Shown here: positions 38,172 through 47,445 of the stretch, one piece after another
Numbering within the stretch: the first letter of the stretch is position 1
How the letters are laid out: each line of letters begins with the position of its first letter
Origin: Thermoproteota archaeon
Lineage (GTDB): Archaea; Korarchaeota; JAOZGF01; JAOZFZ01
Assembly (NCBI GenBank): GCA_027492035.1
Contig: JAOZFT010000004.1
Coordinates: forward strand, 352,001 to 416,000
Length of the DNA: 64,000 nt
Reading direction: 5' to 3'
Translations under genes and position numbers: made by a program
The notes under the pieces: generated by a model
The model's database searches: none
The model's input: the letters and a program-made list of their open reading frames with translations, nothing else
What the model was told of the DNA's origin: nothing

Positions 38172-38815
38172 TCTGCATCCTCTTTGTTTAAAACCTTAAG
38201 AATATCCTCCTTCTTTATTATCCCCTCTCGAATAACTTTTATCTCTCCCTTTGTTAAATCTACCACTGTAGATGGTTTCTTAATTTTTGTTTCGCCTCCA
38301 TCAAGGATTAAACTTACCTCCCCCTTCAACATTTTAAATGCTGAATACGCGTCAGTGGGTGGAGGTTGTCCTGTGATGTTTGCACTTGTAATAATTAAGG
38401 GGGTTTTGGTCTTCTTTATTAAAAACAATGGAATCCAGTGATTAGGCACCCTCAAAGCGATGTTTGAAGGGTTCACGACATCTGGCACATTTTTCTTTTT
38501 CTTTACAATTATTGTGAGGGGACCTGGTTGAAACCTTCTGAAGAGGGTTTTTGCGGTTTCAGTTAAGTAAGAATACTTTTCAGCCATTTCCATGTTCAAA
38601 ACTCCTATTGGCAACCATTTATTCCTTGGTCTTTTCTTTACTTCATATATTTTCTCTACAGCTTCCTCATTTATGGCGTTTACACCTAAGCCGTACACTG
38701 TATCCGTAGGGAAAACTATTGGTTCCCCTTTTTTCAATAATTTAACAGCGTAATTTAATATCTTTTCATCCCTGCTTCCTACCCAGGCAACTATGGTGTC
38801 AATCCCCTTTTCCAT
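38168..38815 (-). CDS. Threonylcarbamoyl-AMP synthase, single-domain TsaC/YrdC type
   Basis: 'FPTDTVYGL', 'KKRP', 'PGPLT', 'TSAN'; no SUA5 C-terminal domain. Confidence 0.93.
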   Translation of the reverse strand: MEKGIDTIVAWVGSRDEKILNYAVKLLKKGEPIVFPTDTVYGLGVNAINEEAVEKIYEVKKRPRNKWLPIGVLNMEMAEKYSYLTETAKTLFRRFQPGPLTIIVKKKKNVPDVVNPSNIALRVPNHWIPLFLIKKTKTPLIITSANITGQPPPTDAYSAFKMLKGEVSLILDGGETKIKKPSTVVDLTKGEIKVIREGIIKKEDILKVLNKEDAE

Positions 38816-38880
38816 TCTTTTCTCCCTTTTATGTAAAGAAGGAAAATATATAACCTTTCTTTGCTTTGGAGAAATACAAA

Positions 38881-38896
38881 GGAAAAAGTTTAAATA
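38881..38896 (+). promoter_or_regulatory. BRE-TATA promoter of the inverted S27Ae gene
   Basis: GGAAAAAG followed by TTTAAATA. Confidence 0.55.
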
Positions 38897-38965
38897 ATTT
38901 ATTTCGTAAAGAAAGAGAAGTTATGGCAATGATTCTCTTACATATAAGGAGAAAGGGGTTTCTTA

Positions 38966-39127
38966 ATGGGTAAACATGAAAGTAAGGCATGGAAATTTTA
39001 TAAAATTAAAAATGGTGAAATAGTGAGAAGGAAACCGAAATGTCCCAGGTGTGGTTCCTTTATGGCTGAACATAAAAACCGTAGGCACTGTGGAAAATGC
39101 GGCTATACAGAATTCACTGTTTCTTAG
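38966..39127 (+). CDS. rps27ae: 30S ribosomal protein S27Ae (absent from the ORF track)
   Basis: Translated by hand: MGKHESKAWKFYKIKNGEIVRRKPKCPRCGSFMAEHKNRRHCGKCGYTEFTVS. Confidence 0.95.
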   Translation: MGKHESKAWKFYKIKNGEIVRRKPKCPRCGSFMAEHKNRRHCGKCGYTEFTVS

Positions 39128-39407
39128 GAGGAGCCTCGTTTCTTTTAATTATATGCTTCTTCTCTATCTTTAATGCATCCTCTGCGGAGTTATATACATG
39201 GGCTAACGCTTTTGTTTCATGTTTGCCATATTCTGTTCTCATTTTCACAATGTATACTTGCTTAATGTCTTTTTTCAATGTTTCAGAAAGCTTAACTCTA
39301 GTTTCTTGTCTCTTTGGAGTACCTCCTCCGGGGTGGTAGATAGTCACATAAATTGTTTCTCTCTTCAGCAAAGGCTCCTCTTTCCTATCCTTTATTTCTA
39401 GTTTCAA
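39114..39407 (-). CDS. rps24e: 30S ribosomal protein S24e
   Basis: 'PLLKRE', 'TPKR', 'TEYG'. Confidence 0.93.
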   Translation of the reverse strand: MKLEIKDRKEEPLLKRETIYVTIYHPGGGTPKRQETRVKLSETLKKDIKQVYIVKMRTEYGKHETKALAHVYNSAEDALKIEKKHIIKRNEAPPKKQ

Positions 39408-39414
39408 ACTGGTT

Positions 39415-39603
39415 TCACCTCACATGGATAGCGTAACACCCTGGAAATTTAATGTTTAACTGTTTAGCAGTTTCAGAATCTTCGATAGAAATCACAGCTA
39501 TAATTCCACTCCAGTTGTCAGTTAAGTCTGTCTTTCCACAATTAGGGCACCTATTGCCATTTATTAATGCATGGCAAGTACGGCAGGCTTTATATCTTGG
39601 CAT
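39415..39603 (-). CDS. spt4: Spt4 (RpoE'')
   Basis: 'ACRTC...CPNCG', 'WSG', 'PGCYA'. Confidence 0.95.
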   Translation of the reverse strand: MPRYKACRTCHALINGNRCPNCGKTDLTDNWSGIIAVISIEDSETAKQLNIKFPGCYAIHVR

Positions 39604-40153
39604 TTTCACTCTCCTCTTTCAACCAGTCAAGTTTACCTAAACCAGGTTGTCTCATTGTTAAGGCAACTTTTTGTTTGCTTAAGGTCATTAAACCTTTCAA
39701 TTTACCCACTGAAACAACTCTTACTCTCACGTTGTCTCCCATTTCAACTATTCTTCCTTTCTCTCTACCTATTAATGCTCCTCTGACTTTATCATAGTCC
39801 ACATAATCGTCCATTACCTGGCTTACATGTATTAACCCTTCTAAGGGCCCTACTCTCACGAAGACACCGAACTGCGTCACTTCAGTTACTTTACCATTTA
39901 TTACTTCCTGAACCTCCGGTATAAAGCTTAGGATCCTAAATTTAACAGGATGTATTGTTGAAGGGTTTCTTTTAACTATTTTGCCAAGTCCTACTTCCTC
40001 TATGCTAATTACGGCTATTACGTAACCTAACTTGTCATCAATCGAGTCTTCATAGATGGATTTCAAAACTTCTAAAGCTGCTTTTTCCAGTTTCATGCCG
40101 AAAAATTTAGGAGGTATTTCCACATAATCTTTTATGGTAAAAAGCTTAAACAA
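39590..40153 (-). CDS. rpoE: RNA polymerase subunit E' (Rpo7)
   Basis: 'IPPKFFG', S1 'FGVFVRVGPLEGLIHVSQ', 'LTMRQPGLG'. Confidence 0.96.
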   Translation of the reverse strand: MFKLFTIKDYVEIPPKFFGMKLEKAALEVLKSIYEDSIDDKLGYVIAVISIEEVGLGKIVKRNPSTIHPVKFRILSFIPEVQEVINGKVTEVTQFGVFVRVGPLEGLIHVSQVMDDYVDYDKVRGALIGREKGRIVEMGDNVRVRVVSVGKLKGLMTLSKQKVALTMRQPGLGKLDWLKEESENAKI

Positions 40154-40155
40154 AC

Positions 40156-40554
40156 TTATTCACCACAGTCAAGTTCAAGGTGGTCTCCTTCCCTAATAAA
40201 AATGGTTCTAAGATTTTTCTTTTTCAGTTTTTTCCTCAGCTCTTTGTCATTGGTTGCAACTATCCCCTTTAACTTTTCAGCTGCGTAAATTAATGAGTCA
40301 TCAGCTTTCCTTACATTTTCAACTCTAACTATTTCACATCTAGTTTTTACATACTCTAATCCTGCTTTAAATTTTTTCTTTTTCATCACTGTCCCCTTCG
40401 ATGACGCGATTCCCTCTAATTCCTTCAAAACTTGTTCTGTAACGATTAATGTATAAGTGTCATTTAATACTCTGCTTATCTCTTCTTCAAAAGGTATTCT
40501 AGGTCTCTCAAACATTGATAAAACAAAGTTAGTGTCCAGGAGAACTCTTTTCAT
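40156..40554 (-). CDS. Fcf1/Utp24-like PIN domain nuclease
   Basis: 'LLDTNF', 'ADD', 'VATNDKELR'. Confidence 0.9.
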   Translation of the reverse strand: MKRVLLDTNFVLSMFERPRIPFEEEISRVLNDTYTLIVTEQVLKELEGIASSKGTVMKKKKFKAGLEYVKTRCEIVRVENVRKADDSLIYAAEKLKGIVATNDKELRKKLKKKNLRTIFIREGDHLELDCGE

Positions 40555-40556
40555 AC

Positions 40557-41792
40557 CTAACCCTTTATCCTTCCATACCCGATTAATCTCCACCTTCCCT
40601 TAACTTTTCTTCCTAAAGCAACTCTCTGTCCTATTTCTGCACAAACAGGTGAAACAAGTTTCATTTTTACATATTTCTTTTTCTTTTCTACAACTCTTCC
40701 CAATGTAGCAGAGGTTCCAACTGTTAACATGAGATTTTCATTTAGTTCTATAGATTTCACTTCAACCTTCTCCGCTAAACCAACTATCTCCCTGAATAAT
40801 TCGGTATCTATCTCTATTTCAAACCAGACAGGTGGTAACTTATTTTTTCTCCCTACAACATTACCCATTAAGTTATCTGCCTTAGTTAATGAAGGATCTA
40901 AACTTGTTTGAAAAGCTATTAATCCGCCAGGTTTAGCTTCAGTTATTTCTTCTCTTTCACTTCTTATTTTCCGTATAACTGAGTGGAGTACCGTGTATTT
41001 ACCTGAAATCTCTATGCCAGGTTTTATCTCTATTTCATCTCCAATTTTGAACCTTCCCCTTACAACGGATCCCCCAATAACTCCTCCCTGAAGTTTTTCT
41101 GGAGTCGTTCCGGGTTTGTTTATGTCGAAAGACCTTGCAATATAGAGAAGAGGATCTAAACTTAAGTCTCTTTCAGGTGTAGGAATAACTCTCTCTATAT
41201 GCTGGATAAGAACGTCTAGATTTGCTTTATGTAAAGCAGAAACAGGTATTATTGGAACATTTCCCAAATTGTTGTTTTCAAGAAATTGCTTTATCTCTTT
41301 AAAGTTTTCTACTGCTTCTTCATCATCTACTAACTCTATTTTATTCTGTACAACCACTATGTTTTTTATCCCTGAAATGAGTAGGGCTGCTAAGTGTTCT
41401 CGTGTCTGGGGTTGAGGACATGGTTCATCTGCAGCTATCACCAATATTGCACCATCCATTATTGTTGCACCTGCTAACATCACAGCCATTAAGCTTTCAT
41501 GGCCTGGACAGTCAACAAAAGAAACCTTCCTTAAAACTTGCGTTTCTGAACCGCAGATTGGGCATTTCTTCTTAACAGTGTATGCTTGAGGTTCAGGACA
41601 GTTGGGACATTTTCTGAAAGTTGCGTTAGCATATCCAAGCTTAATCGTTATCCCCCTTTTCAATTCTTCACTATGGGTAGCTGGCCATTTTCCAGTTAAG
41701 GCTTCAACTAACGTGGATTTACCATGATCTACATGACCTGTCAATCCTATGTTCACTTCAGGTTGTCCATGTTCTCTTCTTTCTTTATTCAC
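40557..41792 (-). CDS. eif2g: Translation initiation factor aIF2 gamma
   Basis: 'GHVDHGKS', 'RGITIKLGY', zinc knuckle, 'WRLIGYG'. Confidence 0.97.
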   Translation of the reverse strand: MNKERREHGQPEVNIGLTGHVDHGKSTLVEALTGKWPATHSEELKRGITIKLGYANATFRKCPNCPEPQAYTVKKKCPICGSETQVLRKVSFVDCPGHESLMAVMLAGATIMDGAILVIAADEPCPQPQTREHLAALLISGIKNIVVVQNKIELVDDEEAVENFKEIKQFLENNNLGNVPIIPVSALHKANLDVLIQHIERVIPTPERDLSLDPLLYIARSFDINKPGTTPEKLQGGVIGGSVVRGRFKIGDEIEIKPGIEISGKYTVLHSVIRKIRSEREEITEAKPGGLIAFQTSLDPSLTKADNLMGNVVGRKNKLPPVWFEIEIDTELFREIVGLAEKVEVKSIELNENLMLTVGTSATLGRVVEKKKKYVKMKLVSPVCAEIGQRVALGRKVKGRWRLIGYGRIKG

Positions 41793-41798
41793 AACAAC

Positions 41799-42215
41799 CT
41801 ACTCTCCCTTCTTCTTCCCCTTTTCTTCAAAAAATTTTGTGAACAGAGATTCAAACCCTTTCCTGTCCCTCTTTTCAATTATTTTAACATTGATTTGTTG
41901 AACATCCTCGCTTATAACGTCTCCCCTTACAGTTTTTTTCTTTCGGTGTCCTTTCTCCCTTGGCCTAAATCCAGGCCCGGAGGCTAACAGAATCCTCTTT
42001 CTTCCAGGTCCATGTATGTCTCCCCTCATCGGGAAGCCATCTCTATCTGTGCCCCCTGTTATTTGAAGCATGGAGTCCGGTAAACCTAATTCTGTGCCCC
42101 TTATCTGGTCTCCTATCCTCTTCCCGATTAAGTTTTTCGCTTTCATGTCTGAAATTTTTTTCTGGATAGCCTTCCTGGTTTCAGGGTCTGAAATAACAAG
42201 TGTAAATTCAACCAT
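41799..42215 (-). CDS. rps6e: 30S ribosomal protein S6e
   Basis: 'ITGGTDRDGFPM', 'VRG'. Confidence 0.96.
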   Translation of the reverse strand: MVEFTLVISDPETRKAIQKKISDMKAKNLIGKRIGDQIRGTELGLPDSMLQITGGTDRDGFPMRGDIHGPGRKRILLASGPGFRPREKGHRKKKTVRGDVISEDVQQINVKIIEKRDRKGFESLFTKFFEEKGKKKGE

Positions 42216-42217
42216 TT

Positions 42218-43996
42218 TTAAGCCTCCTTTGTAAAAACTTTCTTTAATTTTATTTCTCTTATTTCACTTAAAACTTCTTTTTCCTCTGGTGTTAACTCCG
42301 TCTTTATTTCATTCTTTAAAACATATATCTTATTTAAAGGGATATCCGTATAAAGGATGTCTCCCTCCTTTATTTGTCTACCTACTGTTGGCCCCTTAAC
42401 GCTGATAGCTACCCTCTCTCCTCTGGAGGCTGAAGGTATAGGTTTTCCTTCCTTTTGTATCTGTAAAATTACCCCAACTCTACTGCCTTTTAAGTTCATT
42501 AGCGGTGTTTCCGGCTTAATTTTCCCAGCTAAAACCTCTACACCAAAGATAGCTGGTTTGCTTCTTCTGAAAACATATCCTTTCAAAAACTGTATCCTGG
42601 AAGGTGAAGGTATCTTCCCAATTTTTTCCTCTCTTTTCCTTTCCTCGATTTCCAAAGCCTTTTTCTCATATTCTTCAATCAATTGGTAAATTACTTTGCT
42701 TGTTATTACCGGTATGTTCTGTATTCTTGCTTCTTCTTCCGCGTCAGGTGAAATTTTTACATTAAAACCCAGGACAAAGGCATATTTCTCTTCCTTTTCC
42801 CGAACTATTGAGGCCTCAATTATATTTTTCCTGGATATCCTCCCTATCCCTGCAAAACGTATGGGGATCCCCTTATTTCTTAAGTAACTAATCAAAGCCT
42901 CCAATGTCCCTATTGAATCCGACTTCACTATAACCCCTACCTTGCCGGTTTTTATCAATACTTTACTTATCTCCTTCTCTATTTCCCTCTTAACTTCCTC
43001 TGCTTCTTCTATGTTTTCAACTACTTGGACAGGTGCTCCTGCTATTAGGCCCTCAGTTTCTTGCAGAAGCACTTTCACACCTGAAGCGCTTTCTACTTCA
43101 TTTACAGGTTCAAACTGGGCAGCCCCTCCCTTCTTAAATTGTTTAGGCAAGAAAAGGCCTTTCACTTTCGTAATTAATGCTTCTTTTAACCTACCCACTA
43201 CCACTAAATCATTCATCTTTAGTTTACCATCATAAAGAATAACATCGATTGTTGTCCCAAGTCCTGGCTCTTCCTTCACTTCTAAAACGGTGCCCTTACC
43301 TTTCTCTCCTGAAATCATTAACCTCTCCATTAAAAACCTTTGAGCCAAACCAAGCAAAACCACTATCAAGTCAGGTATCCCTTCACCTGTTTTAGCGCTT
43401 AAAGGAACTATAGCAACTTTCTCCCTGAAATTTTTTACTCTAAAATAGTAATCACTGTCAAATCCCAGCTCTGAAAGCTGAGATATTAATTCATAAATTT
43501 TCTGCTCTAACAAGTTTCTTGCTAAACTAGATTGCTTCTCTAAACTCTCAATAAACACGTTATTCTCTGTTTGCCTCCATCCTCTTACTAAATCAATTTT
43601 GTTAGCTGCCACTAAAAAAGGAGTCTTTTTTGTTTGTAAAATATGGATTGACTCCACCGTTTGAGGTTTCACTCCGCTCATCACATCAATAACCAGTATC
43701 GCTATGTCTGCAATTGCCCCTCCCCTTCTTCTCAAATTAGTAAACAATTCATGTCCCGGCGTGTCAATTACAAGGAAACCAGGTATCTTAATTTCTATGT
43801 TGAACTTTTTAATTAAAGGCCCAGCTATCTTTTCAAGAACCCCTAAAGGTATATATGTAGCCCCTATGTGTTGAGTTATTTGTCCAGGTTCTTTCAAAGC
43901 CACAGTTGTGCCTCTAATTTTGTCGAGTAAGGTTGTTTTTCCATGATCCACATGTCCTAACACTATCACAATTAAGCTTCTAATTCTGTTTTGCAT
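42218..43996 (-). CDS. infB: Translation initiation factor aIF5B/IF2, no intein
   Basis: 'GHVDHGKT', 'ITQHIGAT', 'DTPGHE', 'NKID'. Confidence 0.97.
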   Translation of the reverse strand: MQNRIRSLIVIVLGHVDHGKTTLLDKIRGTTVALKEPGQITQHIGATYIPLGVLEKIAGPLIKKFNIEIKIPGFLVIDTPGHELFTNLRRRGGAIADIAILVIDVMSGVKPQTVESIHILQTKKTPFLVAANKIDLVRGWRQTENNVFIESLEKQSSLARNLLEQKIYELISQLSELGFDSDYYFRVKNFREKVAIVPLSAKTGEGIPDLIVVLLGLAQRFLMERLMISGEKGKGTVLEVKEEPGLGTTIDVILYDGKLKMNDLVVVGRLKEALITKVKGLFLPKQFKKGGAAQFEPVNEVESASGVKVLLQETEGLIAGAPVQVVENIEEAEEVKREIEKEISKVLIKTGKVGVIVKSDSIGTLEALISYLRNKGIPIRFAGIGRISRKNIIEASIVREKEEKYAFVLGFNVKISPDAEEEARIQNIPVITSKVIYQLIEEYEKKALEIEERKREEKIGKIPSPSRIQFLKGYVFRRSKPAIFGVEVLAGKIKPETPLMNLKGSRVGVILQIQKEGKPIPSASRGERVAISVKGPTVGRQIKEGDILYTDIPLNKIYVLKNEIKTELTPEEKEVLSEIREIKLKKVFTKEA

Positions 43997-44046
43997 TTCT
44001 CAGTTTACCAGTTTCCTTTTATTAAAAACGTAGAGAGGTGTTTACT

Positions 44047-44460
44047 TTAACTTTCTCCAACTTCTGGGAAAATTATTTTCTTTTCCCTTAAATAATTTTC
44101 TTTACTGTCAGAAGCATGTATAACGTTATCTGTTAAATCTAAACCCAAGTCTCCTCTAATCGTCCCAGGCTGCGCCTTAACTGGGTCTGTAGCACCAATC
44201 ATTCTCCTTACCACATTAACGGCGTCCCTTCCCTCCACAATTGCCGCAACAATTGGTCCTGAAGTGACGTAATTCACTAATTCCTTAAAGAACTTCTTTC
44301 CCTTATGAACGGAGTAAAGTTCTTCCGCTTCCTTTTGTGTCAATTCCACCATTTTTAAAGCAACTATTTTCAGTCCTTTCTTTTCTATTCTGGAGATTAC
44401 TTCACCAACCAACTGCCTCTTAACAGCTCCTGGTTTAATAAAAAAGAACGTCCTCCCCAT
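44047..44460 (-). CDS. ndk: Nucleoside diphosphate kinase
   Basis: 'IKP', 'PGTIRGD', 'NVIHASDS'. Confidence 0.96.
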   Translation of the reverse strand: MGRTFFFIKPGAVKRQLVGEVISRIEKKGLKIVALKMVELTQKEAEELYSVHKGKKFFKELVNYVTSGPIVAAIVEGRDAVNVVRRMIGATDPVKAQPGTIRGDLGLDLTDNVIHASDSKENYLREKKIIFPEVGES

Positions 44461-44461
44461 T

Positions 44462-44650
44462 TCAGATCTGTTCCTTACCATATTTCAAAGTCCATTTCAA
44501 TTTTCTAGGATCTCTTTTCAGTTTTAAAGCGTTTTTTCGACATTTTGATGAACAAAAAAAGAGAACCTTGCCAGTTTTATCCACATACATTATTCCTGAA
44601 CCTGGTTTAATTTTTCCGCCGCAAAAGAAACAAGTATACTCCTTAGGCAT
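44462..44650 (-). CDS. rpl24e: 50S ribosomal protein L24e
   Basis: 'CFFCG...FCSSKC', 'PRKLKWT'. Confidence 0.96.
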   Translation of the reverse strand: MPKEYTCFFCGGKIKPGSGIMYVDKTGKVLFFCSSKCRKNALKLKRDPRKLKWTLKYGKEQI

Positions 44651-44657
44651 AGGCACC

Positions 44658-44909
44658 TTACCTGGCAGATATTTCTCTGTCCTCCCTCTCAGGGTTTCTT
44701 AGAACCAAAATATCCCCTACTCTAACAGGGCCTTTAACATTCCTTCTAATTACTCTTCCCTTGTCACGTCCAACAAGTATTCTTGCTCTCACCTGAATAA
44801 CTTCACCAGTAACTCCTGTTCTGCCCCTAACTTCAACCACTTCGGCTGGGTAACCATATTTAGAAATTATTTCTTCCCCTTTTTCAAATATAGTTTTTCT
44901 TTTACTCAA
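44658..44909 (-). CDS. rps28e: 30S ribosomal protein S28e
   Basis: 'GRTGVTGE', '[11 protein letters not shown]'. Confidence 0.96.
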   Translation of the reverse strand: MSKRKTIFEKGEEIISKYGYPAEVVEVRGRTGVTGEVIQVRARILVGRDKGRVIRRNVKGPVRVGDILVLRNPEREDREISAR

Positions 44910-44928
44910 CCTTTAAGCACCTTTCCCT

Positions 44929-45351
44929 TCAAGTCCCTCTTTTTTCTTTTCTCAGTTTTTGTTCTGCTTCCTCACTCACCTTTTCTCCCCTGATTCTTTT
45001 CAGTTCCTCAATTATCTCCCTTAAAAGATTTTTCCCTTCACCCTCATCCTCTATACATGCTGAAGCAGCATTAACGTTTATACCTGAGGCTTCTCCCAAC
45101 TCTTTCTTTGTTGAAACGTAAGTATAAGGAATTTTCTTTTCGTCACAAAGAATAGGTAAGTGCATAACTATTTCAGGAGGGTCTACATCCAGAGCTATTG
45201 CAACAAGTTTAGCTTTTTCCCTTTCGACAGATTTAGTTACTTCATTTGTTCCTCTTCTGACTTTACCAGAGTCTTTAGCTATTCTAAACAAATCTAAAGT
45301 TTTCTTCATAAGTTCTTCAGGAACTTCAAACTTGACATAAACTGACGTCAT
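44929..45351 (-). CDS. rpl7ae: Ribosomal protein L7Ae
   Basis: 'YVKFEVP', 'GTNEVTK', 'DVDPPEIV'; ATG at 45351 after GAGGTGA SD. Confidence 0.96.
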   Translation of the reverse strand: MTSVYVKFEVPEELMKKTLDLFRIAKDSGKVRRGTNEVTKSVEREKAKLVAIALDVDPPEIVMHLPILCDEKKIPYTYVSTKKELGEASGINVNAASACIEDEGEGKNLLREIIEELKRIRGEKVSEEAEQKLRKEKRGT

Positions 45352-45352
45352 C

Positions 45353-45373
45353 CCATTCACCTCATCATTATGG
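45353..45373 (-). promoter_or_regulatory. K-loop (L7Ae binding site) overlapping the L7Ae Shine-Dalgarno
   Basis: CCAU-AAU-GA-U-GAGG-U-GA-AUGG: canonical stem, 3-nt bulge, tandem G.A pairs, box-C-like AUGAUGA. Confidence 0.75.
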
Positions 45374-45632
45374 TCATTGAAAATAAAGGCACTCAATTGA
45401 CATTTAAAAACCTATTTAAATTTTTTTCATTAAAAAAATCCAGAAGAAACAGCGCTCCTTTTAGAAACCAGGAAGTAATTTAAAAAGTTTTTTGTTAAAA
45501 TCTAAAAATAATCCAGGAAAAATATGCAAAAATGCTTCAAATTTTCAGTATTATCAACCATAAAATCCTTAAATGTTTAAGCTGTTTAAGTTTAGTGTTT
45601 GTAATAGACCTTTTTTCAAATACTTTTTTGGC

Positions 45633-45682
45633 AAAAAGGCATAATTACATGCTATTGTTGAGTCATATGCATATAATTATGC
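45633..45682 (-). terminator. 14-bp hairpin followed by a U tract directly after the methyltransferase stop
   Basis: Arms 45639-45652 and 45669-45682 (one G.U on the - strand), then CTTTTT. Confidence 0.5.
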
Positions 45683-45683
45683 T

Positions 45684-46238
45684 TCACTTTTGCTGTTTTC
45701 TTTTTCTAAAGATCCTTGGGATAAAGAAGGGTGTACTCTTCTTATATTTTATGTACTCATCTCTAAACCTTTCCTCAAGCTCTTTTTCCTCCACTTTCTT
45801 AATATATACCAGGAGCACCATTACAAGCAGGGATACTAACATGACAAATGAGAAGGAACCAATTATAATGCCAATACCCACGTAATAAATAAAGGTTCCG
45901 AAAGCCATTGGATTTCGGCAGTAAGAGTAAGGACCGTTGGTTACCAGCTTCTGTGTGGCCATTATGGGGGCGGGTGTTCCCTTTCCTTCTGTAAATTGGA
46001 TAATGACACTCCATAACCCAAATAAGAGGCCGCAAATCCCTAATAAGCTGCCAAAAACAAGAGTGAGAAAACTGTACGGAAAATAGGAAAAATGCAGAAA
46101 ATCATCTATTAATTTAGACAAAAGGAATAGGGTGTAAGGAATAATAAACACAAAAATAATAAAGAGAGGTGTCAAAAAAATTATTCTTTGTTTAATTGTA
46201 TGTTTCCTCCTTGACAACTTAACCACTTTATCTTTCAT
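45684..46238 (-). CDS. Isoprenylcysteine carboxyl methyltransferase / PEMT-family membrane protein
   Basis: 'GKGTPAP', 'LVTNGPYSYCRNPM', 'EEKEL..RF..EY..YK..TP.FIP'. Confidence 0.85.
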   Translation of the reverse strand: MKDKVVKLSRRKHTIKQRIIFLTPLFIIFVFIIPYTLFLLSKLIDDFLHFSYFPYSFLTLVFGSLLGICGLLFGLWSVIIQFTEGKGTPAPIMATQKLVTNGPYSYCRNPMAFGTFIYYVGIGIIIGSFSFVMLVSLLVMVLLVYIKKVEEKELEERFRDEYIKYKKSTPFFIPRIFRKRKQQK

Positions 46239-46442
46239 ACCTAATCCCTCTCTATCCCCCCCATTTCATAAACATCGTCTAACAACAAGTACTTTTATTT
46301 TTTTAATTTTTCAACTACATACCTACTTATAACCTGTAAATAGGGTACTTGTTTTTTAGTATAGTCCATATGCTTTTTTTAGTTTCCACTTCACGCTTAG
46401 GCAAGTATGAATGGGAATACAAGCACTAAATTCAGAAATTGA

Positions 46443-46558
46443 TGCGGGGGGTGGGATTTGAACCCACGCAGAGCTTCTCACCAGGTTTCTAATGCCATCC
46501 TCATCCTGGCGCCTTTGGTCGTGCAATTTCCCCTTTGACCTGGCTCGGCAACCCCCGC
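46443..46558 (-). tRNA. tRNA-Leu(GAG) with introns at 21/22 (46515-46534, 20 nt) and 37/38 (46487-46498, 12 nt)
   Basis: GCGGGGG/CCCCCGC+A; long variable arm; perfect GGTC/GACC BHB helix with AAA bulges; CCAGG-AT-GAG-G|A-CCTGG. Confidence 0.88.
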
Positions 46559-46620
46559 AGCTTCAAACTTTGTCTGAAGTTGTATTTAAAAATATTTTTT
46601 AAAGGGTTATTTTTAAAGGT

Positions 46621-47412
46621 TTATTTCTCCAGTTGTTCTTTAAATGTTGCAAGTTTATTTTTCAGTATCTTTATTGCTTCTTCAATTATTTCTTTTGGGG
46701 GTAAAGCGCCTGTGGATTCTATGTTGAAAACAAAGGATTTTTTGTCATAAGTTATTTGGATGCTTTTTTCTGGACATGTTTCAATACATAATTTGCACAT
46801 GTTGCAATCTGAGGGGGTTTCAACTTTTACTTCTCCGTTTTGTTTAAACACGTGAAAAGGGCAGTTTTTTATGCATTCACCGCACCCGTTACATGTTTCT
46901 TCATTTATTTCTATTATTGGGAGGTAGCCGTAGGAGACTGTTGAAACCGGTTGCCATTTAGCATGTTCTTTGCCTTTACCTAACCGTGCTATTGCTTCTA
47001 AAACCAATTTTTGGTTTTTTATGACTTTAACTATTGGTATTTTAGGGTTCACTGGCTTTATTTCTGGGTCTATTGGTTTTAGGTCTCCTGAATAAATGAT
47101 ATCCTCTCCTCTTTGGCATGTGAAGTCCAATGTCAGCCGTGCAGTGTTCATTACTCTTTCCTCTTCGCTTGTCTCTTGAGTTATGTATTTATATCTTTTT
47201 AAGTCGGTTTTTAAAGGTATCAAACCTAATCTGTGTGCTATGTATTCGTCATAGAATGAAGTTGTGTTTTCTACAATTATTACTTCATCTATAGCCATTG
47301 TGGGCACTTCTGAAAGGATTGTGCGCCTAAGAGAGTTCACGAATGCAGGTGTAACTCCTGAAATTATAAATCTCAACAAGTTATCCTTTTCTTCGATAAT
47401 TTTTATTTCCAA
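46621..47412 (-). CDS. rpoD: RNA polymerase subunit D (Rpo3) with two [4Fe-4S] motifs
   Basis: 'NSLRR', 'AHRLGLIPL', 'HAKWQP', two CxxCxxCxxxCP motifs. Confidence 0.96.
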   Translation of the reverse strand: MEIKIIEEKDNLLRFIISGVTPAFVNSLRRTILSEVPTMAIDEVIIVENTTSFYDEYIAHRLGLIPLKTDLKRYKYITQETSEEERVMNTARLTLDFTCQRGEDIIYSGDLKPIDPEIKPVNPKIPIVKVIKNQKLVLEAIARLGKGKEHAKWQPVSTVSYGYLPIIEINEETCNGCGECIKNCPFHVFKQNGEVKVETPSDCNMCKLCIETCPEKSIQITYDKKSFVFNIESTGALPPKEIIEEAIKILKNKLATFKEQLEK

Positions 47413-47445
47413 TTTAGTTGCTCCTCCTTTTTTCGAAAAAGCCTT

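Noticed and set aside
45532-45885. 117-aa + strand ORF
   Set aside because: It overlaps the methyltransferase antisense and its terminator, and has low-complexity composition.
46481-46509. Alternative splice of tRNA-Leu using a GCCA/TGGC helix, or an AGA anticodon
   Set aside because: It gives a 6-nt loop or an A34 Ser anticodon on a Leu body with A73. The 37/38 junction fits better.
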